Position numbers and translations under genes: made by a program. Below the pieces are notes generated by a model. That model was given only the letters and a program-made list of their open reading frames with translations. It ran no database searches and was not told where the DNA came from. From Minisyncoccia bacterium (GTDB lineage: Bacteria > Patescibacteriota > Minisyncoccia > Phycocordibacterales > GWA1-40-21), in NCBI GenBank assembly GCA_049695975.1, contig JBAVTE010000012.1, positions 7,665-71,664 on the forward strand: DNA of 64,000 nucleotides. Reading direction: 5' to 3'. Positions 18,853 to 27,922 of this stretch are shown here, in pieces. The first letter of the stretch is position 1; every line of letters begins with the position of its first letter.

Positions 18853-18895
18853 AATAAAAATCACCCGCCTTATGATGGCGGGCGATTTTTATTTT
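18853..18895 (-). terminator. rho-independent terminator after the SWIB-domain gene
   Basis: CACCCGCC / GGCGGGCG hairpin followed by a U-run on the minus strand. Confidence 0.5.
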
Positions 18896-18907
18896 AAAAT
18901 TCCTTGA

Positions 18908-19165
18908 TTATGACAGGTGTTTGGAAACGAGTTTAGTCATTTCAAACATGTTGACTACTGCTTTGCCACCGAAAACTTTTTTCAAATTGGCATCAGCATT
19001 GATATTTCTCTTGTTTTTTGGATCTTGAAGATTGTTTTTCTTTATGTAAACCCAGAGGCCTTTCACAACTTCTGATCTTGGCATAGGGCCCTTTCCTACC
19101 ACGGCTGCTAAATCAGCACTGACTGTCATTGGCTTCATAAACGCAGACACTTTTTTTTCTACCAT
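18908..19165 (-). CDS. SWIB/MDM2 domain protein
   Basis: 85 aa; LWVYIKKNNLQDPKNKRNINADANLKKVFG matches the SWIB fold signature. Confidence 0.7.
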   Translation of the reverse strand: MVEKKVSAFMKPMTVSADLAAVVGKGPMPRSEVVKGLWVYIKKNNLQDPKNKRNINADANLKKVFGGKAVVNMFEMTKLVSKHLS

Positions 19166-19269
19166 ATTATATTTTGCCGTCCGCCAAAGGCAGACTAAGC
19201 TTAATTAAACTAATAAGCTAACTCTGGGTAGTATATCACAAGAGGGTATTCTTGGGAAACTCTCAGAAT

Positions 19270-19536
19270 TTACCTATCATAAGACACATTTCCTCGACTT
19301 TCGATTTCTTCGATCCGAACCAATATTTTTGACTCGATTATTTGATAGATTATCCTGTAATTCGAGATTTTTATCTTTCTTAAATGTGAATAATATCCGT
19401 TCATTTTTACTCCCAAATAAGGGTTTGTCTATAGCTCATCAATGATACTGTCCACCCTATGACCGATATGATCCGGTATTTTGTTTAAAGCTTTTTTTGC
19501 GTTCTTGTGGAAACAAATAATATATTTTTGTGACAT
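19270..19536 (-). pseudogene. RelE/ParE-family toxin gene interrupted by a single in-frame TAG (codon 36)
   Basis: The ATG lies 4 nt after the antitoxin stop. The reading frame gives MSQKYIICFHKNAKKALNKIPDHIGHRVDSIIDEL, then a stop, then TNPYLGVKMNGYYSHLRKIKISNYRIIYQIIESKILVRIEEIESRGNVSYDR. This aligns contiguously with the RelE/ParE fold (ENP..G..L, RIGDYRIIY, IGHR). Confidence 0.7.
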
Positions 19537-19539
19537 ATA

Positions 19540-19893
19540 CTATTTGTTATTTTTCTTGCTCTTTTTCACAGAATAACCCTTCTTGGCCTTATCTGCCACG
19601 AAAAGACTCTTTCTCCTGTCCAAGCCTGCTTTTACCTCATCCCAGGTATAATATTCACCCCTAGCAAACTCTTCATCCGCTTTCTTCATTCTGGACCTGA
19701 ATTTAGAGTCAGCAGATAGAGTCAAATCTTCCATCAAATTTTCATATTCTTCAGCAGACATCACGGCCATTTTGGCCTTGCCATTTTCAGTAAAAATGTA
19801 GTGATTGCCTTGTTTCTGAATTTTCTCAGCAATGTCAAAAATACTGCTCCTAGCTTCGGTGATAGAAATTATATTTTTCATTTTTATAGACAT
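19540..19893 (-). CDS. Phd/YefM-family type II antitoxin (with a Lys-rich C-terminal tail)
   Basis: IISITEARSSIFDIAEKIQKQGNHYIFTENGKAKMAVMSAEEYENL is the Phd/YefM N-terminal fold. Confidence 0.75.
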   Translation of the reverse strand: MSIKMKNIISITEARSSIFDIAEKIQKQGNHYIFTENGKAKMAVMSAEEYENLMEDLTLSADSKFRSRMKKADEEFARGEYYTWDEVKAGLDRRKSLFVADKAKKGYSVKKSKKNNK

Positions 19894-20003
19894 GATTTTA
19901 TTTATTAATTATTAAAACTATATGTACATCATAGCGTACATGATAAATTAAAGCAAATCGATTTCTTTTAAACTTTTGAAGTCGGTTTTTTAAACAATAA
20001 TAT

Positions 20004-20047
20004 AACGACATAGCAAGGCTAAGTCTTGCCATGTCGTTATCTTTTTT
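20004..20047. terminator. hairpin terminator (14-bp stem AACGACATAGCAAG/CTTGCCATGTCGTT plus T-run)
   Basis: Long near-perfect stem with a 7-nt loop and TCTTTTTT on the plus strand; downstream of the minus-strand gene 20121-20465. Confidence 0.4.
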
Positions 20048-20120
20048 AAACAATGGTGGCTAACCCCATTTCTCCCATTTTCCACTACTTTTGGGAGATC
20101 TTTGATTTTCATACTATGTT

Positions 20121-20465
20121 TTAACCTAACATCTGAAAATTATGAAGAGCATAAAAAGCTAACATAAAAATAAAAAGACCAATAAATAATAGGACTACGA
20201 ATACATGGAAAATATAAATAAATATTTTATTTATAATAAATAACTTTTTAATATAATGCGGTATTAAAAAACTTAATAGTGGTATAAGTAAAATCGCATA
20301 GAATAAAGTTATATATCCAGGTATTTGATATTTTTCAAAAAAAATATTTGGTATTAAAAACAATGACCAATAAAACACGCACCAGTAAAGTGCATAGATT
20401 AAAATAATAAAAATTGTTTTGCCCCACCATTTATCTGTATGAAATAAATTACGAATTGATTGCAT
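20121..20465 (-). CDS. hypothetical small integral membrane protein
   Basis: 114 aa, 3-4 hydrophobic helices. Confidence 0.35.
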   Translation of the reverse strand: MQSIRNLFHTDKWWGKTIFIILIYALYWCVFYWSLFLIPNIFFEKYQIPGYITLFYAILLIPLLSFLIPHYIKKLFIINKIFIYIFHVFVVLLFIGLFIFMLAFYALHNFQMLG

Positions 20466-20483
20466 ATTATATTGATTATTATT

Positions 20484-23400
20484 TTACCATTTTTTTTTAA
20501 ATAGCGAAGACAGATGTGACCAGAATTTTTGAAAGATATTTACGATGGTGGATTTTATATCTACCCCAAAACTTGCTATTGAGGCAGTGAGATGAAATTT
20601 TTGAGTTGATGTTGATATTTTGGGTGTGGATGTGACATTGTAGAAAGGCACCTTGTCCATAGAGGAAGAACTGGATTCCTGCCTTCGCAGGAATGATAGA
20701 GAGGATGTGGATGGCAAAGTGGCTGAAGAAATTGATTGGGTTGAGGAGGCACAGGCAGATGTATTGGATTCCCGTGTGCAAGGGAATGACAAAGGAGTCG
20801 TGAATGGTAGAGGGGTCGGAGATGGTGTATGGATAAAAGGATGTGGTAAAGATATAAATACAGATGATGATAGTGATGATGTTGAAATTTGGATAATTGG
20901 ACCACCTCCCCCTGTTACTGCAACAGGAGTAATTACTTTAAGTGCAGGTACTGAGATACTTTGAATTGATTCAATATTCCCAGCATTATCGGTTGAAAAA
21001 TAACTTACTGTTTTCCCAGATGCAGAAAATGGTTTGGTATATAAAGTCCAAAAGTTGGCATCAAAAGAATATTCTGTTTTTAATACACCCGCATTGTCAT
21101 CAGTTGCTGAAAGCGAAACTGTGCCATTGGAGATAATACTCATAGATTGTGGAGGAACTAAATCTCCAAGAGTCGATGAAGAAAGTACAGCTGAGGGAGT
21201 AGAAGATGATTCAAAAAAACCATCCCCATCTTGATCTGTTCGAATTATATAATCAGTACTTGTAGCTGAAATATTTATTTCAGAATTTGTAGACAATGTA
21301 GTGAGAGGAATTTCATTCCAATATTTTGTACCTGTTTTTGTATCGTCAGCACCAACTTCATCAATATAAAAATCATAAGCACCGGTATCAGTAGCTTTCA
21401 AAACAATTTTATAATTGCCATTTTGGGGGAGAAAAGCAAACGAAGTACCATCAATTAAGTCGTAATTAACACCAGGAATTCCATACTCAATGTCACCAGT
21501 ATCGGTCGGACCTGTATGATTGCCGAGATCGTCATAAATATTCATAGATACAGGACTATGAGAAGATGGAACTGTGCCAGAAATATAACAAGAATCGATG
21601 CTCCTAGAAATATTTGAACTCCCAACCGAAGGAGTACTACTGCCTGAAAGAATAGAAAAAATTGTTTCTGGGACACCTGAAACGGATGGTAATTCAGCAT
21701 GAGTAGCACTTTTTATATAAAAATTATGATTCCCAAAAGGGCCGGTGGCAGAACTAAGTGGAACTGTCACATCCCCATTTCTATAATCTACAAAAGGATC
21801 GTCGACAATTTTTTGCCAAAGCGATGTCCATGCCTTTTTCTTTTTTATCGTAATACTGCCAATAGTTTTCGTGCCACAACCAGAAAAATTGTAGACATCT
21901 ACACCTGACAGGTCAAAATTATCAATACTTGTATGCAAACTTTCGGCTTGAGGGAAAAGTGCTTCATTTCCGCCACGACCGATAATAAAGTTTTTTATTT
22001 CGTCATAATTCAGCCATTTGCTGGTACTTGCTGTCATATCGTAGATATATTTGTCTGACATTGGCACAGCTGAACTTGCGTTACCATCGACATAGCCACG
22101 GCTGGGTAGTAAATCAAAGACAGAGGGAAAGTTTTGAGAGATTGTTTTTATTTCGGCTTGGTTTAAACCTATATTAAATTTATTAATTCCCATATCATCC
22201 CCATACATCAATGCCTTGAATGCCTTCGGCGCTCCAAGATGTGGTGTACCAATGAAAATCAATTTATCAATTTTATCACCACCTTCGTCAGCGACATACT
22301 TTTGAGCGACAAGTCCTCCCATTGAATGGGCAATGATATCGACTTTACTCATACCAGTTTCTGCAAGTACTGTATCAATTTTATTTTTCAAAAGTATCGC
22401 ATCATCAGCATTACTCTTTCGCCAATCATATGGAAAGACAAAAAGATCAGTGCCCTCTGTATATCCACTAGAAATCAAAGTAGAAATGAGCCCGTCAAAT
22501 GTATTTAAAACGGTCACACCAGCGAGATCAATTTTTCGCATTATATCTCCAATGGTCATTGGGAAACTAGGATTTTCCATACCATCAGACATAAAAGAAA
22601 GGTCGTCCAAAAAACTATCCCCAAAAGATTCGAGAAGTTCTCCAATATTCGGCCAGACTTCCCCATTACTATCATAATTTTTAGAAATCTGTGTTCCCAT
22701 AATCCCCGGAATAATGATTACAGGTGTTTTCTTTTTTATACTTGGGTCGGAAGTAAGCCATGGGATAAAATCGACATTACTGGAAACTTTATTTGCCGTT
22801 CCTGAAGCATTCGTTTCGATATTTAATGGCCCAGATTTGTCGCCCCACCAGTTTTGAGTAGCTTTTAATGGAAATTTATTTATCCAAACATTATATCCAA
22901 GATATGGGGGCTCATTATAAATTCCAAACAATTTATTATCTGCTATTATGCTATTTTTTATTTCAACATCCGCTCCCAAACTTTGTATGCCGTTTTTGTT
23001 TCCAGAAATCTCGCTGTCTAATATTCGAACAATTGGATCTGAAAAAAGTTTCACCCCATCTCCTAGAAAATTCTGAATTTTTGTATTTTTGATATTTGCC
23101 TCCGTATTTCCAAAAATCTCTAGCCCTATAGCATTTCCATCACTTATTACAGAATTAGCAATATTTAAAGTTGTTGTCGCATATTCGTTATTACAACCAT
23201 AAATCACAAATGCTCCATCATAATGACCAGTGGAAACATTGCTCAAAGATGAACTGGAAAAACTCAAGCTACTACTGCAAAAAACCTGAAAAACTGAATC
23301 CGCAGTAATGCTCTCCAAACTAGAACTAGCTATATTTATAGAACTATTATCAAAACCAGATATTGCGGCCCAGTCACCATTTGGTACATTTTTTATTGTT

Positions 23401-24521
23401 GAATTTTTTATTTCTACAGAACTATTTACAAAGGTTTCAATTATTGAATCTCCGTTAATATTTTTTATTTCTGTGTTACTAACATTTAGATGACTATCAT
23501 AAATAATACTAAATAAATCTCCAGTATTTTCTATTTTTGAATTACTTATATTTAATAAACCATTGCCATAAACATCAAAAGCTTTGTATTGACCATTACC
23601 GACTTTTTTTATCACCGAATTATCAATATTTATCTGATTATTTCTATTGACAAGAAAAGGACGACCATCAATATTTTCTAAATTAGAATTTGATAAGGTT
23701 AGACTATTATTGTCATCCAACTCAAAACCTCCGCCCCTTATATCTTTTATTGTAGAATTATTTATCTCAACAGAATTTCCCTGATAAAGGAAAAACGCAT
23801 CACCAAAAACATTTTCCAAATTCGAATTAGAAAAAGTCAAAGAACTAAAATCAAATAAAGTGAAACCGGCTCGACCAATATTTTTGATAGAAGAAGAGTC
23901 GATTGATACAGTGCTTGTAGAAAAAAGCGTAATAGCATCTTGGGAAATATTCGATATATTACTATTTTTAATGTTCAAAGAACTTGATATAAGTTCTATT
24001 CCAAGATAACAATCTGAAATCGTTACAGAATCAAAAGAACTACTTGCAAAATTAGAGTTTAAAACATATACAGAATGCAATATCTCAGCATTATGAATTT
24101 CTAGATTTGCTCCTTCTAAAGCAAAAAGTCCTACCCATTTTATATTTACACCATTCCAAAGTTCTTCGTCTCTATCTGTATCACCACCGACTGAGTCATC
24201 GTATATAGACGTAAAATATACTTTATCACTTGTCGATCCATTAGCGATCAATTTTCCTGAGACATAAAACACACCCTCCTTAATTTTAATTATAGTTCCA
24301 GGTTCAATTGTTAAAGTTGCGCCTACATCCAAAGAAATATTACCATAAATTACATATGGCGAAGCTTCTTTTGTCCAAGTAGTATCCACAGAAATATGAT
24401 AGATATCGTCAATTTCATCTACATAAATATTCGTCTGTGCAAAAACACTATTAAAAGGTAGGAAAAAAGACAAAAAAAATAAGCCGGCAAGAAACAAAGG
24501 ACAACTTTTAAAATATTTCAT
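20484..24521 (-). CDS. large secreted mosaic protein: signal peptide, right-handed parallel beta-helix repeats, alpha/beta-hydrolase lipase-like domain (IIAHSMGGLV), Ig-like domain, low-complexity Ser/Thr/Pro tail
   Basis: 1345 aa. N-terminal signal peptide ending in AQT. Many NS(T)IKNI / NSNLEN beta-helix rungs. GxSxG nucleophile elbow HSMGG preceded by TPVIIIPGIMGT. Confidence 0.7.
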   Translation of the reverse strand: MKYFKSCPLFLAGLFFLSFFLPFNSVFAQTNIYVDEIDDIYHISVDTTWTKEASPYVIYGNISLDVGATLTIEPGTIIKIKEGVFYVSGKLIANGSTSDKVYFTSIYDDSVGGDTDRDEELWNGVNIKWVGLFALEGANLEIHNAEILHSVYVLNSNFASSSFDSVTISDCYLGIELISSSLNIKNSNISNISQDAITLFSTSTVSIDSSSIKNIGRAGFTLFDFSSLTFSNSNLENVFGDAFFLYQGNSVEINNSTIKDIRGGGFELDDNNSLTLSNSNLENIDGRPFLVNRNNQINIDNSVIKKVGNGQYKAFDVYGNGLLNISNSKIENTGDLFSIIYDSHLNVSNTEIKNINGDSIIETFVNSSVEIKNSTIKNVPNGDWAAISGFDNSSINIASSSLESITADSVFQVFCSSSLSFSSSSLSNVSTGHYDGAFVIYGCNNEYATTTLNIANSVISDGNAIGLEIFGNTEANIKNTKIQNFLGDGVKLFSDPIVRILDSEISGNKNGIQSLGADVEIKNSIIADNKLFGIYNEPPYLGYNVWINKFPLKATQNWWGDKSGPLNIETNASGTANKVSSNVDFIPWLTSDPSIKKKTPVIIIPGIMGTQISKNYDSNGEVWPNIGELLESFGDSFLDDLSFMSDGMENPSFPMTIGDIMRKIDLAGVTVLNTFDGLISTLISSGYTEGTDLFVFPYDWRKSNADDAILLKNKIDTVLAETGMSKVDIIAHSMGGLVAQKYVADEGGDKIDKLIFIGTPHLGAPKAFKALMYGDDMGINKFNIGLNQAEIKTISQNFPSVFDLLPSRGYVDGNASSAVPMSDKYIYDMTASTSKWLNYDEIKNFIIGRGGNEALFPQAESLHTSIDNFDLSGVDVYNFSGCGTKTIGSITIKKKKAWTSLWQKIVDDPFVDYRNGDVTVPLSSATGPFGNHNFYIKSATHAELPSVSGVPETIFSILSGSSTPSVGSSNISRSIDSCYISGTVPSSHSPVSMNIYDDLGNHTGPTDTGDIEYGIPGVNYDLIDGTSFAFLPQNGNYKIVLKATDTGAYDFYIDEVGADDTKTGTKYWNEIPLTTLSTNSEINISATSTDYIIRTDQDGDGFFESSSTPSAVLSSSTLGDLVPPQSMSIISNGTVSLSATDDNAGVLKTEYSFDANFWTLYTKPFSASGKTVSYFSTDNAGNIESIQSISVPALKVITPVAVTGGGGPIIQISTSSLSSSVFISLPHPFIHTPSPTPLPFTTPLSFPCTRESNTSACASSTQSISSATLPSTSSLSFLRRQESSSSSMDKVPFYNVTSTPKISTSTQKFHLTASIASFGVDIKSTIVNIFQKFWSHLSSLFKKKW
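20672..20790. repeat. two copies of a small palindromic repeat unit (TGGATTCCYG...CRGGAATGAY) embedded in the 3' end of the large gene
   Basis: 20672-20697 and 20765-20790; each forms a 6-8 bp hairpin. Translations give the WIPAFAGM / SCLRRNDRE / DSRVQGNDK peptides typical of this repeat type. Three overlapping ORFs on both strands mark the region as repeat DNA. Confidence 0.5.
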
Positions 24522-24586
24522 TCAAAAAATTAACCGATTAAAAAACTACACACATATTATCATTTAATAATGTTATGTGCAAAAAT

Positions 24587-25009
24587 TTATTTCCCCGTGC
24601 TTCCAAACTTGCCTTCACCTCTCACGGTTTCAATAAGTTTAGTCACTTCTTCAAATTCAACTGTTTCTTTTTTTTGAATTATCATTTGTGCAATTTTGTG
24701 GCCTTTTTCAAAAAGGTAATCCTCCTTTCCCAGATTTGTGACAGCTACAAGGATTTCTCCTCTATACGTAGAGTCAATAACTCCGGCAATTGTTTTAATT
24801 CCATGCTTCACAGAAAGTCCGCTTTTATCCCAAATAAGTCCTACGTATCCCTCTGGTATTTCCATAGCAATACCCGTCGGAACTGGAATTCTTTCGCCAA
24901 TTTTAATTAAAGTATTTTGTATCGCACACAAATCAAACCCCGCGTCATCATGATGAGCATATTTTGGTATTTTTGCATCCTCATGTAATTTTTTAATTTT
25001 TAATTTCAT
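24587..25009 (-). CDS. dut: dUTP diphosphatase
   Basis: HDDAGFDL, GVIDSTYRGEILVAV and C-terminal GKFGSTG motifs. Confidence 0.85.
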   Translation of the reverse strand: MKLKIKKLHEDAKIPKYAHHDDAGFDLCAIQNTLIKIGERIPVPTGIAMEIPEGYVGLIWDKSGLSVKHGIKTIAGVIDSTYRGEILVAVTNLGKEDYLFEKGHKIAQMIIQKKETVEFEEVTKLIETVRGEGKFGSTGK

Positions 25010-26193
25010 TTTTTCAACGCCTTATCAATCCTCTTTGCGAGTTTAATCATATCTCTCTCCTTCGCACCTCTCGTTGTTTCTCCTGCTGTACCAAGACGAA
25101 TACCAGATGGATCCATTGGCGAACGAGTTTCATTTGGAATTGTATTTTTATTTACGATAATTCCCTCTTTTTCAAGTTTGTCGCTTGCTTCTGCACCGCT
25201 GATTTTCCCTGTGTCCATCAAAATCAAATGGCTATCTGTTCCGCCAGAAATTATTTTCCACCCAAGTTTTTTTAATTCCTCGGCAAGAACTTTTGCATTT
25301 TTTACAACCTGTTTTGCATATTTTTTGAAAGCTTGAGTTGAAGCTTCTTTCAAAGCTACTGCCACAGCCGCTATCTGATTCATATGAGGACCGCCTTGAA
25401 GGCCTGGAAAAACTGCTTTATCGATCAAATCACCAAAACTTATTTGATTTCCTTTTGTGCTAGTTAAAGTTTTATCTTTTCTTACAAAAACTATTGCGCT
25501 TCTAGGACCCCTTAGAGTTTTATGAACTGTGGTCGTCACAACATCCGCATACTCAAAAGGAGATGGGTAAGCCTCGCCTGCCACAAGACCTGCAAAATGA
25601 GACATATCCACCATAAGTATTGCTCCGCAAGCATTTGCAATTTCTCTGAATTTTTTAAAATCTACGATTCTAGGATAAGCAGTGTAACCAGCAATTATCA
25701 TATTTGGTTTTTCCTTTATCGCTTGTTTTTTTATTTCTTCATAATCTAAAACTTCAGTATCTTTATTTACTCCATAAGGGATTTGAGTCCATATCTTTCC
25801 AGTAGCAGAAACTTTGTGCCCATGGGTAAGATGTCCCCCATGATCAAGAGACATCCCCATTACTTTTCCCCCTTGTGGCACAAGTGCAAGATATACAGCC
25901 AAGTTTGCTGGAGAGCCGGAGAGTGCCTGGACGTTTACCGCCCATTTTTCTGGTGAAAGTTTGAAAAGTTTAAGCGCTCTTTCTTTACAAAGATTTTCTA
26001 CTTGGTCGGTAAATGTCTGCCCATTATAATACCTTTTTCCAGAGTAACCCTCAGAATATTTGTTTGTAAACTTTGAACCAAGCGCTTCGAGCACATCGTC
26101 AGAAACATAATTTTCTGAGGCTATTAAAGAAATAGTTTTTTTCTGTCTATTCTCTTCCGCCTTTATTAGTTTTTCTATTTGTTTGTCTTTCAC
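25006..26193 (-). CDS. glyA: serine hydroxymethyltransferase
   Basis: LIASENYVS, SGSPANLAVYLAL and GGHLTHG PLP-binding region; 4-nt overlap with dut. Confidence 0.9.
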   Translation of the reverse strand: MKDKQIEKLIKAEENRQKKTISLIASENYVSDDVLEALGSKFTNKYSEGYSGKRYYNGQTFTDQVENLCKERALKLFKLSPEKWAVNVQALSGSPANLAVYLALVPQGGKVMGMSLDHGGHLTHGHKVSATGKIWTQIPYGVNKDTEVLDYEEIKKQAIKEKPNMIIAGYTAYPRIVDFKKFREIANACGAILMVDMSHFAGLVAGEAYPSPFEYADVVTTTVHKTLRGPRSAIVFVRKDKTLTSTKGNQISFGDLIDKAVFPGLQGGPHMNQIAAVAVALKEASTQAFKKYAKQVVKNAKVLAEELKKLGWKIISGGTDSHLILMDTGKISGAEASDKLEKEGIIVNKNTIPNETRSPMDPSGIRLGTAGETTRGAKERDMIKLAKRIDKALKK

Positions 26194-26194
26194 T

Positions 26195-26737
26195 TTATTC
26201 CAAGATTTTATCTATCTGTTTATATAAATCCTCTATTTCTTTCTCATTTATAACAGTAAAATCAGCTCTTGCTATAGGGCCAGCCTGATGCAAATTTTCT
26301 ATCTGAGAATAATCACGAGAAATAACTTCTTCTTCTGTAAGAGGACGATATGGACGATTTTTTAGTCTTTCTATACGTTTATCTGGAGAAGAATATACTG
26401 CCAACACTCTAAAAATCTCCCCGAATTCTTTTTTAAACTCCAAATACTCTTCCCAACTATAAAGACTTTCGACTAATATAGTGGAATGTTCTTTCATGTC
26501 CTTAATTTTTTCAATAATTTTCTTTGCATAGTGTAAATGACCATGCTGTTTTCTCAAATCTTCTCTGACGAATCTTTCATTCTTTTCATTTACATCAAGT
26601 CCCCGAACTTTCATCTCATCAAAAGTAACATCACCAAAGTACACCTTCGGCCATTTGTATTTCTCCATGATATATTTTATGGCTTCAGTTTTACCAGATC
26701 CGGGAAGTCCAATAATTGCTATTATTTTTTTATTCAT
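26195..26737 (-). CDS. P-loop nucleotide/nucleoside kinase (putative dNMP/CMP-kinase-like)
   Basis: IIAIIGLPGSGKTEAI Walker A; size and lid region resemble adenylate/cytidylate/dephospho-CoA kinase-like folds. Lies between dCMP deaminase and glyA. Confidence 0.5.
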   Translation of the reverse strand: MNKKIIAIIGLPGSGKTEAIKYIMEKYKWPKVYFGDVTFDEMKVRGLDVNEKNERFVREDLRKQHGHLHYAKKIIEKIKDMKEHSTILVESLYSWEEYLEFKKEFGEIFRVLAVYSSPDKRIERLKNRPYRPLTEEEVISRDYSQIENLHQAGPIARADFTVINEKEIEDLYKQIDKILE

Positions 26738-26738
26738 A

Positions 26739-27209
26739 CTATTTTAATGAAATTGGTGAAATAAATTGTCGATAAGTAACTCTGGCTAAATCAAACATTT
26801 TCTTTGCCGCTTTAACAGACGGCGTTTCAGCATATTTATCATTTTCATAAATCACTTCTTTAATTCCATTTTGAATAATAGTTTTGGCACATTCATTGCA
26901 AGGAAAAAGAGTGCAATATATTTTACAATCCCTCGTTGAATTGTTTGAATTATAAATAGCATTTTCCTCGGCATGACAAACATATGCATACTTAGTATTT
27001 TCAAACTCCCCTTCTCGATCCCATGGCAAAGCTCCACTATCAATATTTCTAGGAAAACCATTGTAACCAATACCCACTACAATATTATCTTTTGTAACTA
27101 TCACTGCTCCAGTCTGAGTAGATGGATCTTTGGATCTCTCGGCAATTATATGAGCAATGCGCATAAAACATTCGTCCCAACTAATGTGATTCTTTCTTGG
27201 TTCTATCAT
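26739..27209 (-). CDS. dCMP deaminase (cytidine/deoxycytidylate deaminase family)
   Basis: Zinc ligands HAEENA...PCNECAK. Confidence 0.85.
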   Translation of the reverse strand: MIEPRKNHISWDECFMRIAHIIAERSKDPSTQTGAVIVTKDNIVVGIGYNGFPRNIDSGALPWDREGEFENTKYAYVCHAEENAIYNSNNSTRDCKIYCTLFPCNECAKTIIQNGIKEVIYENDKYAETPSVKAAKKMFDLARVTYRQFISPISLK

Positions 27210-27251
27210 AGATTAAATATTACTCCTTAAATAAAAATATGCAAAGACAAA

Positions 27252-27866
27252 CTATTCCAAAATTCCATCCAAGTTTACATCATACAAAATAGCCTCTTGT
27301 ATCAAGTGATAATTTAAAATTTCTTTCTGATCAAACCAAATTTTGATTTCATCCTCTGCCTCAGAAGGAGAACCCGAAGCGTGAACAATATTTCTCACAG
27401 ATCTATCATCAGCACCAGACAAAATATATGAATCCATAACAAAATCCCCTCTTATGGTTCCGACATCAGAGTTCAGAGGCTCTGTACTACCGATTATTTT
27501 TCTCACAATTTTCACCGCGTGGGCTCCCTGCCACACCATAAGCACTATAGGTCCGCTTTTCATATATATAGAAAGTCTTCTTAAAACATTTTTCCCATTT
27601 TCAATTGGGTCATCTGATGGTGGTGTTATATTTTTTGCTTTGTATCCTTCAATCGTCTTTTCTCCCACTTTTCTCAACCATTCGGGATCATTTGTATAAT
27701 GTCTCTCTACTATTTCTGCAGAAGGAACGAGCATTTTCATTGCAACAAGCTTCATTCCGACTCTTTCAAATCTTTTTACTACTTCACCAATAAGAGATCT
27801 CTGAATTCCATCGGGCTTGATAATTACAAAAGTTTTTTCTGTTTTCATATTATTTGATACAAACAC
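27252..27866 (-). CDS. ndk: nucleoside diphosphate kinase (long form with insertion)
   Basis: KTFVIIKPDGIQRSLIGEVVKRFE, GTIRGDF and NIVHASGSPSEAEDEIKIWF; 204 aa against about 140 typical. Confidence 0.8.
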   Translation of the reverse strand: MFVSNNMKTEKTFVIIKPDGIQRSLIGEVVKRFERVGMKLVAMKMLVPSAEIVERHYTNDPEWLRKVGEKTIEGYKAKNITPPSDDPIENGKNVLRRLSIYMKSGPIVLMVWQGAHAVKIVRKIIGSTEPLNSDVGTIRGDFVMDSYILSGADDRSVRNIVHASGSPSEAEDEIKIWFDQKEILNYHLIQEAILYDVNLDGILE

Positions 27867-27888
27867 AATTATACAATAATTTCGGCAA

Positions 27889-27921
27889 CAAAAAACAGCT
27901 CCCCACGGAGCTGTTTTTTAA
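27889..27921 (-). terminator. rho-independent terminator after rplK
   Basis: AAAAAACAGCTCC-CCAC-GGAGCTGTTTTTT perfect hairpin with flanking A/T runs. Confidence 0.65.
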
Positions 27922-27922
27922 T

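Noticed and set aside
19429-19431. In-frame TAG in the toxin gene as evidence of an alternative genetic code or stop-codon reassignment
   Set aside because: TAG terminates the adjacent antitoxin gene and other genes in the window. All other ORFs are full-length under the standard bacterial code, and no TGA or TAG occurs inside conserved housekeeping proteins.
20653-20964. Plus-strand 103-aa ORF (SCLRRNDRE..., DSRVQGNDKG...) and other antisense ORFs (for example 715-1149, 6603-6932, 36702-37088, 49756-50418, 56168-56677)
   Set aside because: These are shadow ORFs antisense to well-supported conserved genes, or translations of the palindromic repeat. They have a low-complexity composition and resemble no known family.
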